From Balanoglossus misakiensis (taxonomy: Eukaryota; Animalia; Hemichordata), in contig CM082581.2 of assembly GCA_040954595.2 (NCBI GenBank), forward strand, positions 13,899,921-13,963,920: a DNA stretch of 64,000 nt, written 5' to 3'. Each line of letters begins with the position of its first letter. Position 1 is the stretch's first letter. The notes beneath the pieces are model-generated. The model ran no database searches, had not been told where the DNA came from, and saw only the letters and a program-made list of their open reading frames with translations. Both the position numbers and the translations under genes were made by a program. This document shows, in pieces, positions 38,042-50,639 of the stretch.

Positions 38042-41000
38042 ATGATGGCTTCTGGAACAGAAACGACCTTGGAGGTTAGAGGTTTGCTGCATGTGTTTGC
38101 TGAACGACTGGTGAAAGACCTTACACCGTCAGCGATAATTCATAAATTCTCCGTGGGTCTGTCAGCAAGTGATAAAGAAAGCATCCGCAGTTTGGAGGAA
38201 AGTGAAAGTCAAATAAAAGCGGCTGAATTACTTCTGCGTAAGGTTGTGGAAAACAAAGAAGCAGGAACTTTTGCGGAATTTGTGAACATATTGCATGCAG
38301 ACGAAGGTAAGGAATATTAACCCTACGTTATTATCATGAGGAGGGAAACACCAAACCATCTGACATCATCATCATCATCCGAGGAGAGTGCAATACTAAC
38401 ATGTTGACATCTTGAAATTTACTAAGTTTTTGTCCTTATTAACCAAGATAAAACAAAGAATGACTTCCTCACTTTACAGGATGTAGACACTTGGCAGATT
38501 TGCTCTCTGGTGACAATGTGGACGACCTTGAACCTGAAAGGAGACTGCTTGTTGCCCTTGCTCCAACTCTGGTCAGAGACATCAATGCGGTGAGTTTGTC
38601 TGAAAAGATAACCTGTTTGACCGATGAAGACAAGGACCGCATCCGCAATGATAATAGCAGTAGAGGTGCACAGATGGCAGCCAACACACTGTTGAATAGA
38701 TTGCCAAAACGTGGGCCGTCTTGGTTTGGAGAATTCATGGCAGCGCTGGAAACTGAGTCTCCTCATTTGTATTGTGAAATCCTGGGAAGTGATGCTAAGG
38801 GCAGTGTTGGTGACAAGGAAGACAAAATCAAAGCAAATGCATCAGCAATGGCCATAGGAGCAGACTGCAAGGAGCTGAGGGGTTTACTGGAAGTGTTCGC
38901 CGAACGTCTGGTGCAAGAGCTTACCCCATCGGCAATATTACATAAATTCAGCGTAGGCCTGACCAACAGTGACAAAGAGAGCATCAACAGTTTGGAGGAA
39001 CGTGAGGGAGAAATGAAAGCAGCAGAATTACTTCTGCGTAAGATTGTTGAGAGCGAAGAACCAGGAGCTTTTGCAGCATTTGTGACTGTACTGAGGACTA
39101 CAGATGGTGAGTATTGATTTTTAGTCACAGGATATTTGCTATTTAGGATATTTGGGGGTGGGGGCAGCACATAATTGTGACATGCTGGTCAATTTGACTT
39201 ATGGCAATTACTTTTTAACAGGTGAAACATTGTAGCTACTATAGACACATTGTAGCAAATATGTCAAATCATAGCTTAGGTAGCTGATTCATAAGTTGCC
39301 TTCATGATGTGATTGACTAACAACTCTTGACCAACAAGCCGGGAGGACAATTCATGTTATATACCTATATAAGGAACATTACTTTTTTACACTTTACAGG
39401 CTGTAAGCACTTGGCAGATTTGCTCTCTGGTCAAAATGTCGAAGACCATGAACCCCAAAGGAGACTGCTTGTTGCCCTGGCTCCACCATTGGTCAAAGAC
39501 ATCAACGCCATAAGTTTATTGGACAAAATTACGTGTTTGACCAATGAAGACAGAGAACGCATCCGTAATGATTATACCCTCAGAAGTTCCAGGAAGGCTG
39601 CAGACACACTGTTGAATCGACTTCCTAAACGTGGACCAGATTGGTTTCGCCAGTTCATGAGAGCACTGAAAATCGACTCTCCTCATCTTTACCAGGAAAT
39701 TCTTGGAATTAAAACTGATGATGATGGGAATGTAAAAGATGGGGAAGATGAAACAAGGGCAGGTAAGGTGACTTTTAGAAATACTTATTGAATATACAAT
39801 GTACTAGAAAACAATATTTAACCTCTCTTTTGGATTATACCCTCCCATCCTCAGTGATCTCTGGGTGACCTTTTGGTGACCTGTGTCTTTGAGTCAGGTT
39901 CTAAAAGTAACCTGACCAAACCAGAAATCCTCTCAGAAACTGGTCTTGTGGTCGATCTAAATGGCCATGATGAAGACCGCAACTGATTCTTGTCAATGAG
40001 TAAATTGTCCAGGTGTCAACTTTCAAAATCTTACCTGAAAATTCATGCCTTTATTTAAATCCACCTCAATTAAGTTCAGTGATAATTGATTTTTAATATT
40101 GTTTTTTTCAGCGAAAGAATTCAATGCTGGTATGGTAGCTATGGGAGGCACTGATGTGAATTTGTCTGACAGTGATGAGTCATCAGTAGGTAAGACAATT
40201 TTTGGACTATTAATTTAAGAAATTAAAAAAAGTTACTACCATTAGTATCTGTGAGTCGTTATGGTTTCAACCCTTTCACCACCATAGTTTGACCCAAATT
40301 TCCAGCTGATTTGCTCTTTGTTTATTACTTGCAGGAGAAAATAAATTGCGTAATGAAACCAGTGAAAAGGGAAGTCTGGATAGCGGTGAAACAAATAACC
40401 TGACCAAACCAGAAACTGGTCTTGTGGTTGATCTAAATGGCCATGATGAAGACCGCGACAATACCATGCTCAAGTCTGTCAATGATGAGAGTACTGTTGG
40501 CTCACCACCGATGAATATAAATGTCCATGAACAGGACAGCAGTGGTCACGATGATGATGATGATTATGATGATTATGATGATGATGATGGGAAGAAGGAG
40601 GGTAGGTAGATGTGTGTTTTGCAAATGCTAGATACCTTTTCTTCTGGTTATCCCAGCATGCATATTAATGTATGCCTTCTGCAAGTTGCAGGAGATAGTG
40701 TTTTATGATCACAACATATAACCATGGATGCTAAAATGGATATAATATCAAGGGTATTTTTGAACATTTTCAGATAAATCTAAAGCTTCCAGTGCAGTGC
40801 TTGACTTTCAATTGAGAGATTACCAGTCGGAGTTGGCACAGCCATGTCTAGAAGGCAAGAATGCCATTGTATGTGCACCCACCGGAAGTGGTAAAACCAG
40901 AATAGCAGCCTATATCACATATCACCACCTTCAATCCCGATCTGAGGGTGAGGGGAAAGTATTGTTGCTTGTCAACAAAGTACCCTTGGTGGAACAGCAT

Positions 41001-44000
41001 TACAAGAAGGAGTTCCAACGTTTGGAATCAAAATACAGAATCAGCAAAATTTGTGGCGAGACAGCGTCCAAGTTGTCGTTCATGCAACTGGTGGAAAATA
41101 ACGACATTGTGATTCTGACGGCACAGATTTTAGAAAATGCTTTGAATAATGGTGACGGTAACGATGACAGACTGAGTCTCACAGGTAGGTTTTGTATTTC
41201 ATGTTTTATCATCATATCAGGTGTTTTAATTTTTTTTTTTTGAAGGGACATAATCACTCAACATTTTGAGTTTTAGTTTCAAGAGTTTTGTGTGTGTATA
41301 ATATGATGGATCCCATTTGTTTTACGATCAGATTGAATTAACAAGAAATGTTAAAACTCCTGAATCTGATACCTCTTTTTTTGCTAGACATATATGTTAG
41401 TTATTTGCTCCAGTTACATCAGCCTGCCTGATAACCACAGCCACAGGTTAATAGTTGACAGGTTGACCCCAGCTGATTGACCTTAGAAGAACCTGTCACA
41501 GAGCTGTTTGTTTATCACATGATTTGCGACCCATGAAGTGACTATTATTGACACTGAGTAAAATAAAAAAACTCGGCCAAACCAAAGTCACTGAAAAATT
41601 CCCAGGTTTTGCTTGCCAGTAATAATTAACTGTTCTTCTAAACATAAAGAAAGGACTAAAAATAGTAGTAAAGCATCTTAGAATTTTTATCGAGACAGAA
41701 CAATGAAACTGAACTGGAAATAATTGCCAAAAAAGTTACAGGGGTCATTTAAAGTTGAAACAAACACATCTCTGGCAATGCCTGTCTTAATCAAACCGCT
41801 GATATATAAACTCATTTAATTTTTTCAGATTTTTCTTTGTTGATCTTTGATGAGTGCCACCACACACAGAAAGGAGAGGTGTACAACAACATCATGCACC
41901 AGTATTTGACTGAAAAGATTATGAATAGCACAGGGGGACTGCCTCAGATTATTGGTTTGACAGCATCGCTCGGTGTTGGTGATGCAAAGACTAAATACAA
42001 AGCTGTCAGCCATATCCTAAAGGTGAGGAAGCCAGTTGACCTGTACATACATACCTCAGACATCTGTCTTTTAGTCTTTATTACAGTGATGGTCTAAGGC
42101 TTCTTCATCATATTAATAGACATCAGATTTGTGTAACAAAGGTCATGTATCAGATCTAAAAAAAGTGTCCAATTATAATTTTATGGGGTTTGGTTAGAAG
42201 CCATGTGCTCATTCTTAGCCTATGACCTTTGGCTGAACAGAAACCTTATCCAAGGTTCTGTTGTCATGCAGTCAAAAAATCATATTTCCTATTATTTAGA
42301 AAATCTTTTGCAGTTTGTACCATTTAAATCAAAGTGTCATGTTGCACTATATATCCACGCCCATGTTACCGCAGTTAGGAACAAATGTGTATGCTGTTCA
42401 TGTTGAAAATAATGGACTGTATTATTCTGATCTTTACCTGGAGATGCTAAGTCATGCTCCTTTTGATTGTTTTGACTTGCAAAATACCAATTACCCCAAG
42501 TTTAATTTTTTTGTTGGAATTAAAAGTCCCAAAACTAAAAGGAACTTGCATAGGAGAATGGAGAGGGCGGCTAGAATTATCCCATGGTTTGGTCCAAATC
42601 TGTTGTTTTCTATGGTTAAGTTTGTCCTGTATTGAGGGAACATATGTTCTCAAAGCAGTATTTCACTTTTTTCATGGATATCCATTGCAGCTATGTGCCA
42701 ACATGGATGCCAGTGTCTTGAAGACAGTTCAGGAAGAACGGAAGGAACTAGAGAAGATAAACAACAAACCCAAGAAATACGTTGAAGTTGTCGGGGACCG
42801 AGATTTTGATCCTTTGGGGGATGAACTAAGAAAAATTATGAAAGACATACAAGGGATGTTACCACCAGCATATCAGAATAGAAGTGATTTTGGTACCCAA
42901 GTGTATGAACAGTACATTACAAGTCTCAACGATGTAGGTGAGTCGATATTGGCATCACTATATTCCAAACACCAGGATTTAAGCCAGCAATAAATCACCC
43001 CCAGGTAATGGAATACCATGAAATTTTGACCAGTGCATATCGCTCGTGGATGGTCAAAGATGACTGGTATACGGTTACCTGGAGAAGGTTCATTGCTATT
43101 ACCAGTATACCATTATACAAATAGATTGAAATTTGGCATAATACATTTTCAAAAATGGTTTTTCTTTGGCTGAAAGCTTGTGTTGATTTAGGACAGTATA
43201 ACATAATTCGTGATGTATAACTTGGTGAGTCAGTGCAGAGTACTAAAGGTTATTAGTGTCACTCCGATATAATTATTAACCAATAAATAATTAACCGATC
43301 GAAAAAACAAACATGTTTTTCTCAGTAGGCATGGAATCACATTCATGCATCATTCTGTTGACTAAAGTTTTCACCTGTTTGTTGCTAGGTGTTACCGCCT
43401 GTGTTGCTAGGTGATGCAAACATGGTGTATGACTCACACACCAGAATACATGTAGAAACCATGTCACATGTAATCAGTGTGCTCATTTAGACCTGTTGGC
43501 TTTTGGTTTTTAAAGCTAAGTCTCATCATGGACAATGTGGAACTCCCACATACTTATATTAATTTCAGAAATCATTATCTGAACTTTACTTTTGTGGGGT
43601 TATTTTGACTTAAACCTTTCACCCCCATTACTCTGTACAGAGGTCCAGTGCTACCATTGAAAACAATGAAGTTGGCCCAAATCATGATGATGAAAGGGTT
43701 AAAACAGGCAATAGGATTGTAGCTAAAACCCTCATATTTGGTATTTAAAAAAAAACTTTCAGTGCTGATGACTGATTTAATACTCATTCAAATATAAACT
43801 GACATGAAAAATGAAGATGTACTAGTACATATGTGTGTGCACATTTGTGTGTTGTTTTTCGACCAATTCTTTCTGTGAGAAGTCCCTCAGTTGTAATTCT
43901 TTTGAGGGACATCCTGTTGGTTAATCCTGGTATCTGCATCCGATGCCTTATTTTGATCCACTATTGGATTCTCAGTTTCTAAAGAATTAATTTTAGAATT

Positions 44001-46104
44001 TATTTAATTTCATTCTGTTTTACTTTTCAGCTGTCAAAAAAGAAGATCGCAAAATGCAGACCTCTGCAGAACACTTGCGAAAGTACAATGATGCTCTGCT
44101 GATCAATGATAGTGTTCGTATGATTGATGCTGTCAATTATTTGGTAGACTTCTATGATAGAGAAGAATTGAGATGTGAAGGATTTGATGATACAGATGAA
44201 TGGCTACTGGCTAAGTTTAATGGTAATATTTTGTTTAGTTTTATTGTCTTCACCCAGAATTCTGTTTGGGTCAGCACGACAAAAATACATGCCTTGTCAG
44301 AATAAAAATACATCTATGCAATGCTGCACACATTTTGAATTTGGGACTTTTTAGCCCAACCAGATATTCAATTTCTCGATGTGGAATCGCCAGTGGCTAA
44401 TAGTTATGCGCAGAAAATTGCAGCAAAAATTTGTATACGTTGGGACCATGAATATGTTGGTATGTTTCCTAGCAGAATCCTGGAACGCATGCTGACTGGT
44501 TTTCCCACATGTAAATGATGTATTTTCATCAGTTTAAATATTTGTTATTCTTTTCTTTCCAAGAATGAAAATTTGCGGTTCAGTACCTCATTCCTCATAT
44601 CGCATTTTTCTTTGCAGCCCATTATCGAAAACTGAATCAGCTCAGCAAAAAGACAGAGTGTGAGAACCCCAAGCTGCTGAAATTGAAAGATCAAATTCTG
44701 GAAGAATTCCGAGGCAAAGATCTCGCTCGTGGCATCATCTTCACTCAGACTCGAGAATCTGCTAAAGCCTTGGTTGCTTGGATGAAGGACACACTAGAGC
44801 TGAAAAGTGTGTTAAGAGCCGATCGTCTAACAGGAACTGGTTCAACCAGCAACAGTAAGAGTGTGTGTATGACACAGGTATGTGCAGTATCATCTTCTTT
44901 CATGTATCTGCATCAGCCGTTATTGATGGATAGTCCCTGTCAGAATTTATGAGTTTGTCTTCTTAGGCCAGTATTTTCACCAGTTATATTTCTGTCAAAC
45001 TTTGGTGTCTGGTATTACAAATTGGAATCACAGTCATTGCTTTCAATTTACATATATTTGCAGGAATCTGTATGATTAAATGTTTACAATTTTTCTATTA
45101 ATGTTCATTTCTTAACAGAAAGACCAACAAGAGATCATTCGTAAATTTCAAGAAGGTGAATTGAACTGCATTGTTGCGACAACTGTCGCAGAGGAGGGAC
45201 TGGATATCCCACAATGCAATATTGTCATCCGGTATAACCTAGTGACAACAATGATAGCCATGGTGCAGTCACGTGGTCGAGCCCGTGCAGAAGACAGCTC
45301 ATATATGCTGCTGGCTGCTAAAGCCTCTGGTGCTGCAAATCGAGAGCTCACTAACATGTACAAGGAGAAACTTGAAAAAGTTGCAATTGATGATGTTCAG
45401 AAAATGAAAAAGGAAGACTTCATGGGACAGGTGGGTACATGTTTGTATTGTGAGGCCAGTACAGCATAATATAAGGTTATGCACATTTATACAATCAAAC
45501 AGACTGTGCTTTGTGTATTTTATGACTGCAAATTTCTTGATTCCTTTTGTGCCTTGTATTCTTCTGCATATCGTGACATGTACCAACATATGATGTCGTT
45601 TCTTGTTGGCAGGTCAGAGCATTTCAAATCAAAGCACTAAATGATCGCAAGCTGCTAGAAGCATCAGTGAAGGTCAAGAAACAGCAGGTCACGGCAGATA
45701 TGGCCGACCTCTACTGCAGAAAGTGCAGCAAGGTGGCCTGCAATGCCAGTGAAATCCGTAAGATCGAAAACATGCACCATGTCAATCCAAGTGAAACGTT
45801 TGAGGAGAAGTTTGAGCTGAGAGAGTTCTCAAATCCAACAGAGTATGGTCAGATCACCAACATGGGGATAATCCGATGTAAGGATTGTAAAAAAGATTGG
45901 GGCACTATGATACTGCACAAGGGAGCTTGCCTGCCTTGCTTGAGCGTCAAAAATTTCGGAATAAAATTCAAGAATGGGAAAAAGCCAGTCCTCACGCTCA
46001 AAAAATGGAAGGATGTTCCTTTTGAAATTGAAGCACTTGATTTCACAGAGTATTTAGAGAAGCAACTTAACATCAATGTAGCTTCCCTGAAGGAAACAGA
46101 GTAG
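38042..46104 (+). CDS. IFIH1: RIG-I-like receptor, MDA5/IFIH1-like DExH helicase with four N-terminal CARDs, 12 exons, ~1235 aa
   Basis: Exons 38042-38306, 38480-39106, 39400-39762, 40112-40189, 40335-40601, 40774-41184, 41829-42022, 42691-42937, 44031-44222, 44618-44877, 45119-45430, 45613-46104 (3708 nt, all phases match). Motifs LRDYQ, APTGSGKT, DECHH, GLTAS, AEHLRKYNDALLIND, ENPKL, RGIIFT, ATTVAEEGLDI and QSRGRAR. The C-terminal domain has CRKC and CKDC zinc ligands. Closer to MDA5/LGP2 than to RIG-I by eye; strict orthology untested. Confidence 0.93.
39908..39980 (+). repeat. Intronic duplicate of part of RLR exon 5
   Basis: taacctgaccaaaccagaaa[tcctctcagaaa]ctggtcttgtggtcgatctaaatggccatgatgaagaccgc matches 40396-40456 apart from a 12-nt insertion and one substitution. 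Confidence 0.9.
43610..43702. mobile_element. TTAA-flanked mini-MITE (piggyBac-like ends)
   Basis: TTAA-ACCTTTCA...TGAAAGGG-TTAA. Related degenerate fragments in the opposite orientation at ~40267-40299 and ~42582-42640. Confidence 0.6.
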
Positions 46105-47319
46105 GAACCGACAGTCAGAAATCAGCAGGTGAGGAAAAGAAAATTAGATATCTGTAAAATAATTACATTGTCCCATACCACAGTGTTAATTGTATCCTGA
46201 AAATACATTGTGATGTTTTGTGGTCATTTCTTATACTGTTTGTCCCCTGAATCAAACAATGGAAATGGCTCACAATTGCTTACATTTTTCCAAAGACAAG
46301 GTCAGCAAAATCAACAAATTTTCATAATCATGGAAGCTATAAAATGTTCAGTTGTCTTGATCTAAAAATTACAAGAAATGAAATCCTGAATATGTCTTTA
46401 TACATGATGTGCAACTTTCTTTTTACAAATGTATCATTTTCAGGGCACAACGTGAATGAGTTTGGCTTTAATGGTTTTCCTGAACACAAAACTATAATCA
46501 ATTGCACTGATGTTGATTTACAAAACTCGCTCAGCTTCTTGTGTCTTTCATTAATCATTCTTAAAAGCTAATCCAGAGTTTTACTCGGGTCATATGCGAT
46601 AGTTTTTGCTACATTATTCACTTACGGAAGTAATGCATTTACAGTATTATAGCCTGGCGATATGCCCTCTGACAAATTAAAATTAGTCAGAAATGCTATT
46701 TACAAAAAGGTTGCATTTTAACTGAGAAATATTTTATAGTAAATGATATAATTTATTTTAAATTGTGGCTTTAAATTGTGAATGTTACCATAAGTAAAAT
46801 TTTACATGCAAAATTAATTTTAAGCATGATTATGTGCTGTATATCAGAATACTGCTGTGTTTCAGGCAGTTGTAAATACAGAATGCACTTTGGGATTTGC
46901 ATTATCTAGAGAGGACTTGAATTAATTTGTTAGATAGAAATTCCGTGCACTCTTTGGTATAAGTACTGGCTCTTTACCATGTATTGTTTGAATGAATTGA
47001 TAGCCAAGTTCAATTGCCAAATATATACGCTATATAAACAGTATTTTTTTCGCACACTCCTGGAACCTGTCATATGTGAGTGTATACTGATGTATATCAG
47101 AATACCAAATAGCCACTGGCTTTGTGTCATATTAAACTGCGGATGTACTTCTTGTAATGCATCCGTGTAATAATATAACCGTTACTTCCCTACGAAGTAC
47201 GTGTATATGTGCACAGATACATAACTTTTAGCTTCCAAGGGTAGGACTGCATTTCCCTTTGGGGTCTATTGAGGGCGCCACTCCTGTATGTGGAGACTTG
47301 CTTGGCTTACAAGAAAGCC

Positions 47320-47320
<1 letters not shown>

Positions 47321-47374
<54 letters not shown>
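47321..47374. repeat. (GAT)18 microsatellite
   Basis: Perfect trinucleotide run, intergenic. Confidence 0.97.
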
Positions 47375-48597
47375 CAAACGTCAAATATACTCAAAAGAGC
47401 CAATACATCACTTCACGTTATTCAGTCAATCTTGGCAACAAGACAATCACGGCATGGAGAGAGAGGGCGGGGAGAAATTCTTAAACCTACACCCTGTCGA
47501 TAAAATAGCATCAAATTACGTCATGTCATAACCACGCGCCCAACGTGGAACTGATCAATGTCCCCGTTTTCAACCCCAATGACCGTTAGACAAATAACAC
47601 AAATGATGACATCACGGGTACCAATCTGTACCAAGATGACCAGCGACTATCCTAGCCGTAGTTCAAACACATTTCTGTCATTAAAAGTAGGCCAACAGTT
47701 CAGGCTAGAATGATAAGGAATTCATGCTACAGGTAAAGTAGCCCCGTATTGTAGAAGTACTGTATAAAAAAAAATAAAAAATATATATGATAGCGGAATC
47801 GGTCTGTGGTGAGTGAATGATTCAACATGTAGGATACAAGGAATATGGTTTGATGTGAGGAGTCAAATTCTTCTCCCCCGACCATCGCTTCTGCACAGAT
47901 AAATTTGAAAGCCGTCGTTCGTCAGTGAGATAAGTGACTACGCGTTCGTCATCAAGTTCGCGATGTGGATGGTAAACAACCTCCTTTAATATCTTGACTA
48001 TGACAACTGGATGATGATACGCTCTGTTTGCGTTCGGTTTAATATTTATTAAATCTAACTACAAAACAAGGAACAGGTACAGCCAACGGGCTTATCTTGC
48101 GGTGACATCTGGGAGATACAGGAGGTATCGGATGCACACTCGGTGCTATCAATCCCTTAATTTAACTATTAAATAGGGAAGGGTTTAATTATTATCCTTT
48201 CCCGACTCAAAAACGGGTGTGGCGGTTTATCTACGCGGCTCTCGATGATTCCCATCAGATGACGTCGATAATCTGATCGGCTAGCTGGGTCGACAGGCGT
48301 AGGCATACACCTACCAGGGCGACAGATCTAACGGACGGTCTTCTTTCTGGACTGAAATAATTCTCCTCTGTCGCCGAGTGGTCCAGTGTGTATCCACGGC
48401 AAATAATCTCGCTCCACGCCTGCAAGCCAGTGGGGTGACGATTGGTATACTAGTATACACCTCAGAGTTTAGCTGGACAAGCGACACTTGGTCAACTTCA
48501 GAAGTTCCTTTTCCTACCTGGCCAATTGTCCAACCGTCTCGCAATAGTATCTGCCATTGGAAGTCAGTCACCATTGGCGACGTATAAACGGTAAAAG

Positions 48598-49476
48598 ATG
48601 GGTACGTTTATAGGACACATCTCGCCCGGATTGGCGTTCATCAGTTTTGGCATACTCTGGGCTTTCCAGTCTTCGTTCCAGCTTCAACGAGAAAAATACC
48701 ACAGTCGACCACTGACGGGGCGGTTTTGGAAGATCCTGACGTGCGTACCGTGGGAGGCCACGATGAAGATTGTGTACGGGACGTTTGCGGCGCTCGCCGA
48801 GTTCTTCTTTCCTCTCGGCGTGAACAAGTTGGAGATGTTCAAAGATGGAGAGCTGCAACACCCGAACGAGTGGCAACATTTCACTATGTATTCCTACTTT
48901 GCCATGAGTGGCATCGTGGACATAATCAGCCAGAAGGTTCTCAAGAACCGCGCCGAACCTCTGGAGAAACTGTTCCTGGGTCTGGCCTTTGGCATCGAAG
49001 CGCACCTCCTGTACAACCATCGCCATGGCAAGGGGATGTTCGAAAACACAATTCACTTACTCGTGGTCCTGCCGGCCTTTGCCAGCTCTTTGATAAGCAT
49101 CATTCGGATTTGGCACCTGAAAGATCGTCTGCTCCCCTTTCTGTTGGCGGGCTTCGCTTTGCTGCAGGGCACGTGGTTTTTCAACGCTGCATTCCTGATT
49201 TACCGGCAAGATTGGGATGGTTGTGGCCACGAGAGTGTCATGTTTGCCACCATGGCCTATTGTTGGCACATTGCACTAGACATCGTTGTCCTTGGCAGCA
49301 TCTATGGGCTCGTCTACATCTTCTGTGGCAGGAGGTGGAAAAAACATCCTGATGGCGACCATGCAGCAGCGTCACCCCCTGTTGAACTTAATGCCAATTT
49401 GAAACAGAGTGATAAAAACGGACTTTACAGAGAACAAGATACCGTGAAAGCATTCAGCGACACCCCTACCTTTTGA
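48598..49476 (+). CDS. TMEM45: TMEM45-family membrane protein, paralogue 2, intronless CDS, 292 aa
   Basis: MGTFIGHISPG, WQHFTMYSYF, NHRHGKG..ENTIH, LQGTWF and MAYCWH, with multiple hydrophobic helices. Confidence 0.93.
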   Translation: MGTFIGHISPGLAFISFGILWAFQSSFQLQREKYHSRPLTGRFWKILTCVPWEATMKIVYGTFAALAEFFFPLGVNKLEMFKDGELQHPNEWQHFTMYSYFAMSGIVDIISQKVLKNRAEPLEKLFLGLAFGIEAHLLYNHRHGKGMFENTIHLLVVLPAFASSLISIIRIWHLKDRLLPFLLAGFALLQGTWFFNAAFLIYRQDWDGCGHESVMFATMAYCWHIALDIVVLGSIYGLVYIFCGRRWKKHPDGDHAAASPPVELNANLKQSDKNGLYREQDTVKAFSDTPTF

Positions 49477-50639
49477 GATTACTCAACATGATAAACGAAA
49501 CATACTGTCCGCGATGTATAAGCTTTAACTATAGACAGTTGACTGCCTATGCTTAAATATATTTAAAAATTCGGGATATTACATGTATGTCACACGGCGA
49601 GTATCTAAGTTAAATGTATGCCGAGACAAAGATAAATGTTTACTCATACTATTTCTAAGTCAAATCAGTAATAATTTTCAAATCGTCGCTTTTTGCAAAG
49701 TCGTAAAAAGAGCTATAAGAACGAATCTACAGAATCAGTTTATCAACAGGTGGTTTTTGGTATGCCAGACGTTGTATTGCTGTTCTCAACATTAACAAGA
49801 TAAACTGAGTTAAAAGTCAAATAGCCCAAAAAGTGATTTCATTGCCAATGTCTTGGTTCAACACTTGCTGTAGTTTAAACGAAGCTCGGACGGTCGGTCG
49901 GACAAACACATGTGCACTATCTTGACCTATGGTCTGACAGAAGTGTGTGCATATACTGACCCTTGCGCCGCCACTCGACGTGGGGACGTGCGATACAGGA
50001 CATTGGACTGGTGATTCTTCCGGCCAAAACACAAGCGCTTAAATTGCAAAATAAATCATGTGTAGACATCACAATGAACACCGCTTTGGTGCTCTTAAAA
50101 GTCTGATTTCCTGGGCTGATTTGCCATGATGTGTATCTATAATAGAGTTATGTTACTGAAGGCTCATGCATGTGCTGATATTTTGATTGCAATGCCAACA
50201 GCTAGCATATGCCAAATAAAAATAATACTTTCAACATATCGTGTGATGTAGTCTGACTTGAGTTGCGACAGCTGCTGTGTGTAGATGTCTCCAGCTTCAA
50301 AAGTTGCTGCTAATGAAGCTGTGAAGGATGGATCAATGATTATCTCGTAAAGTTTGTGTGGACAACAATTCTAATTATATGAGTTTTAAACACTCTCCAT
50401 GTTACCTATAACCCACAAAGACTATTAAAGATCCCCGGAGTTATGAGGTGATGTGTGTAATGGATGGCTGTGTCTTTGTGTGGCTTCGTGGTACACTTGA
50501 GATGGGGGCACGTGTTTGCAGCAATGTCGTATACGTCATCAAAACCTGTGTATAACAGGGGTTAAAGGTTACTACACAAACGCGAGTTGTCGTCCGCTGT
50601 GCTCGCTTCTTCTGAGTCGTTGTACTTCCTTCTCAGGCA

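Noticed and set aside
38042-39762. Four CARDs as an assembly or haplotype-merge artefact
   Set aside because: The copies differ at many positions, their introns differ except at the acceptor, and CARD2a-CARD1b are fused in one continuous open exon.
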